Positions 62,851 to 64,000 of a stretch of DNA of 64,000 nt are shown piece by piece (position 1 is the first letter of the stretch; every line of letters starts with the position of its first letter). Source of the DNA: an uncultured Vicinamibacteraceae bacterium (GTDB taxonomy: Bacteria > Acidobacteriota > Vicinamibacteria > Vicinamibacterales > UBA8438); contig CAZDQD010000015.1 in assembly GCA_964507425.1 (NCBI GenBank), positions 1,071 through 65,070 on the forward strand, in the 5' to 3' direction. Position numbers and translations under genes: made by a program. The notes beneath the pieces are model-generated. The model was given only the letters and a program-made list of their open reading frames with translations, was not told the origin of the DNA and ran no database searches.

Positions 62851-64000
62851 GTGAACTTGGCACGCGCAATTGGAGTGGTAGTGTTCGTTTATGGCGTCGT
62901 GACGGTAGGTCATGCTCAGACGAATTGGCCACAGTTTCGAGGGGACGTAGCTGGAGTTATAACGGACGGTTCAACGCTTCCAGAGAGTTGGGGGCCTGAC
63001 GAGAATGTTGCGTGGCGAGTAGATATTCCTGGTCGATCGTGGAGTTCTCCGATTGTCTGGGGCGAACACGTCTTTTTATTGACCGTGATGCCGGCAAGCG
63101 GCGGGAGCGGAGAATTGCAGCCCGTTCAACCGACCGAGAACTATCGTGCACGCTCTTTGGGCGGGTCAATGACCGGTGGCGATATTGTTCAGCCAGGTGA
63201 CACGCTTGAGTGGGTACTGTACGACGTGGACTTCGAGACTGGAGAAACCCGGTGGAGTCAGACTCTGCACTCGTCTGTTCCGTCGATGCCTACTCATCAA
63301 AAGAGTACATTTGCATCTGAGACGCCAGTAACGGATGGAGAACGAGTCTACGTGTATTTGGCCGACATCGGTCTGTTTGCGTTTGATTTTCAAGGTAACG
63401 AAGAATGGTCAGTGCCGTTGGATTGGGTGCCACGGCGTGATTGGGGTGCAGCGTCGTCCCCGATCCTTCATGACGGTCGAATTTACATCGTAAACGACAG
63501 TGAGTCTCAGTCTTACGTTGCAGCGTATGAAGCATCTACGGGCAATGAAATCTGGCGTACCGACCGTGATGAAGCGACGAACTGGTCAACGCCTTTCGTA
63601 TGGGAAAACGACGTCAGAACGGAACTGGTGACAACCGGACGTGACGGTGTTCGGTCATACAGCATGGAGGGAGACGTTTTGTGGGAGCTTCACGGAATGT
63701 CTAGTCTTGTGATCCCGACTCCATTCGCAGCGCATGACTTGCTGTTTATTAATTCTGGCTACATCGCCGATTCACATCGTCCAGTTTATGCTGTCCGCGC
63801 TGGTGCGGCCGGAGACATATCACTAGGAGAGGGCAGCACGAGTAATGATTACGTCGTATGGTCACATCCTCAACTCGGTTCATATAACCCATCGTCGCTG
63901 GTATATGGGGATTATCACTACACGTTGCTCGACAGAGGAATCCTGATGGTTTACGACGCCCGAACGGGTGTGGAGGTTTACCCAAGAAAGCGTGTTACCG
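62851..64000 (+). CDS. PQQ-binding-like beta-propeller repeat protein, exported, truncated by the window edge
   Basis: Absent from the ORF track. GGAGG at 62841-45, GTG at 62851; translated by hand: signal peptide, NWPQFRG, WRVDIPGRSWSSPIVWG, ASETPVTDG, SSPIL. Confidence 0.75.
   Translation, partial: MNLARAIGVVVFVYGVVTVGHAQTNWPQFRGDVAGVITDGSTLPESWGPDENVAWRVDIPGRSWSSPIVWGEHVFLLTVMPASGGSGELQPVQPTENYRARSLGGSMTGGDIVQPGDTLEWVLYDVDFETGETRWSQTLHSSVPSMPTHQKSTFASETPVTDGERVYVYLADIGLFAFDFQGNEEWSVPLDWVPRRDWGAASSPILHDGRIYIVNDSESQSYVAAYEASTGNEIWRTDRDEATNWSTPFVWENDVRTELVTTGRDGVRSYSMEGDVLWELHGMSSLVIPTPFAAHDLLFINSGYIADSHRPVYAVRAGAAGDISLGEGSTSNDYVVWSHPQLGSYNPSSLVYGDYHYTLLDRGILMVYDARTGVEVYPRKRVT

Noticed and set aside
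1-64000. CRISPR arrays, tRNA/rRNA, IS elements, integrases or prophage genes
   Set aside because: No spaced direct-repeat array, RNA-gene signature or transposase/integrase motif recognised

Overview
Gene-dense bacterial window (spot counts ~55-60% GC on the left, lower at ~52-62.7 kb), with no rRNA, tRNA, CRISPR array or recognisable mobile element. Gene content (many secreted PQQ-type beta-propeller dehydrogenases, a DUF1592-DUF1552-ankyrin triad, TPWG...ACHEGN proteins) resembles Acidobacteriota; that placement is inference only. Four blocks. (1) 0.1-39.8 kb: eight full-length exported quinoprotein-type dehydrogenases, plus a ninth, truncated PQQ-like propeller at the right edge. They are interleaved with fused or adjacent electron carriers (cupredoxin, cytochromes c), two copies of an uncharacterised TPWG...ACHEGN domain each directly upstream of a quinoprotein, secreted hydrolases (D-aminoacylase, M61, M4, tannase family), pcm, a metal permease and futalosine-pathway mqnB-mqnD. 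(2) 39.8-43.6 kb: an mmdA-D-C-B-like Na+-translocating acyl-CoA decarboxylase operon. (3) 43.7-56.6 kb: a cryptic GTP-derived-metabolite cluster, combining GTP cyclohydrolase II, RibD-C reductase, creatininase-family amidase, atypical PTPS, MDR dehydrogenase, GT4, FAH and three methyltransferases with a CDP-alcohol phosphotransferase, a flippase-like protein and an LTA-synthase/sulfatase-like membrane enzyme. (4) 56.6-62.7 kb: a translationally coupled ABC exporter-GT-GT4-PIG-L deacetylase-Trm112/methyltransferase operon. The best candidates for undescribed systems are block 3 (a nucleotide-derived headgroup possibly lipid-carried to the cell surface) and the quinoprotein array with its ACHEGN partner. 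Family calls come from recalled motifs; no database searches were run.
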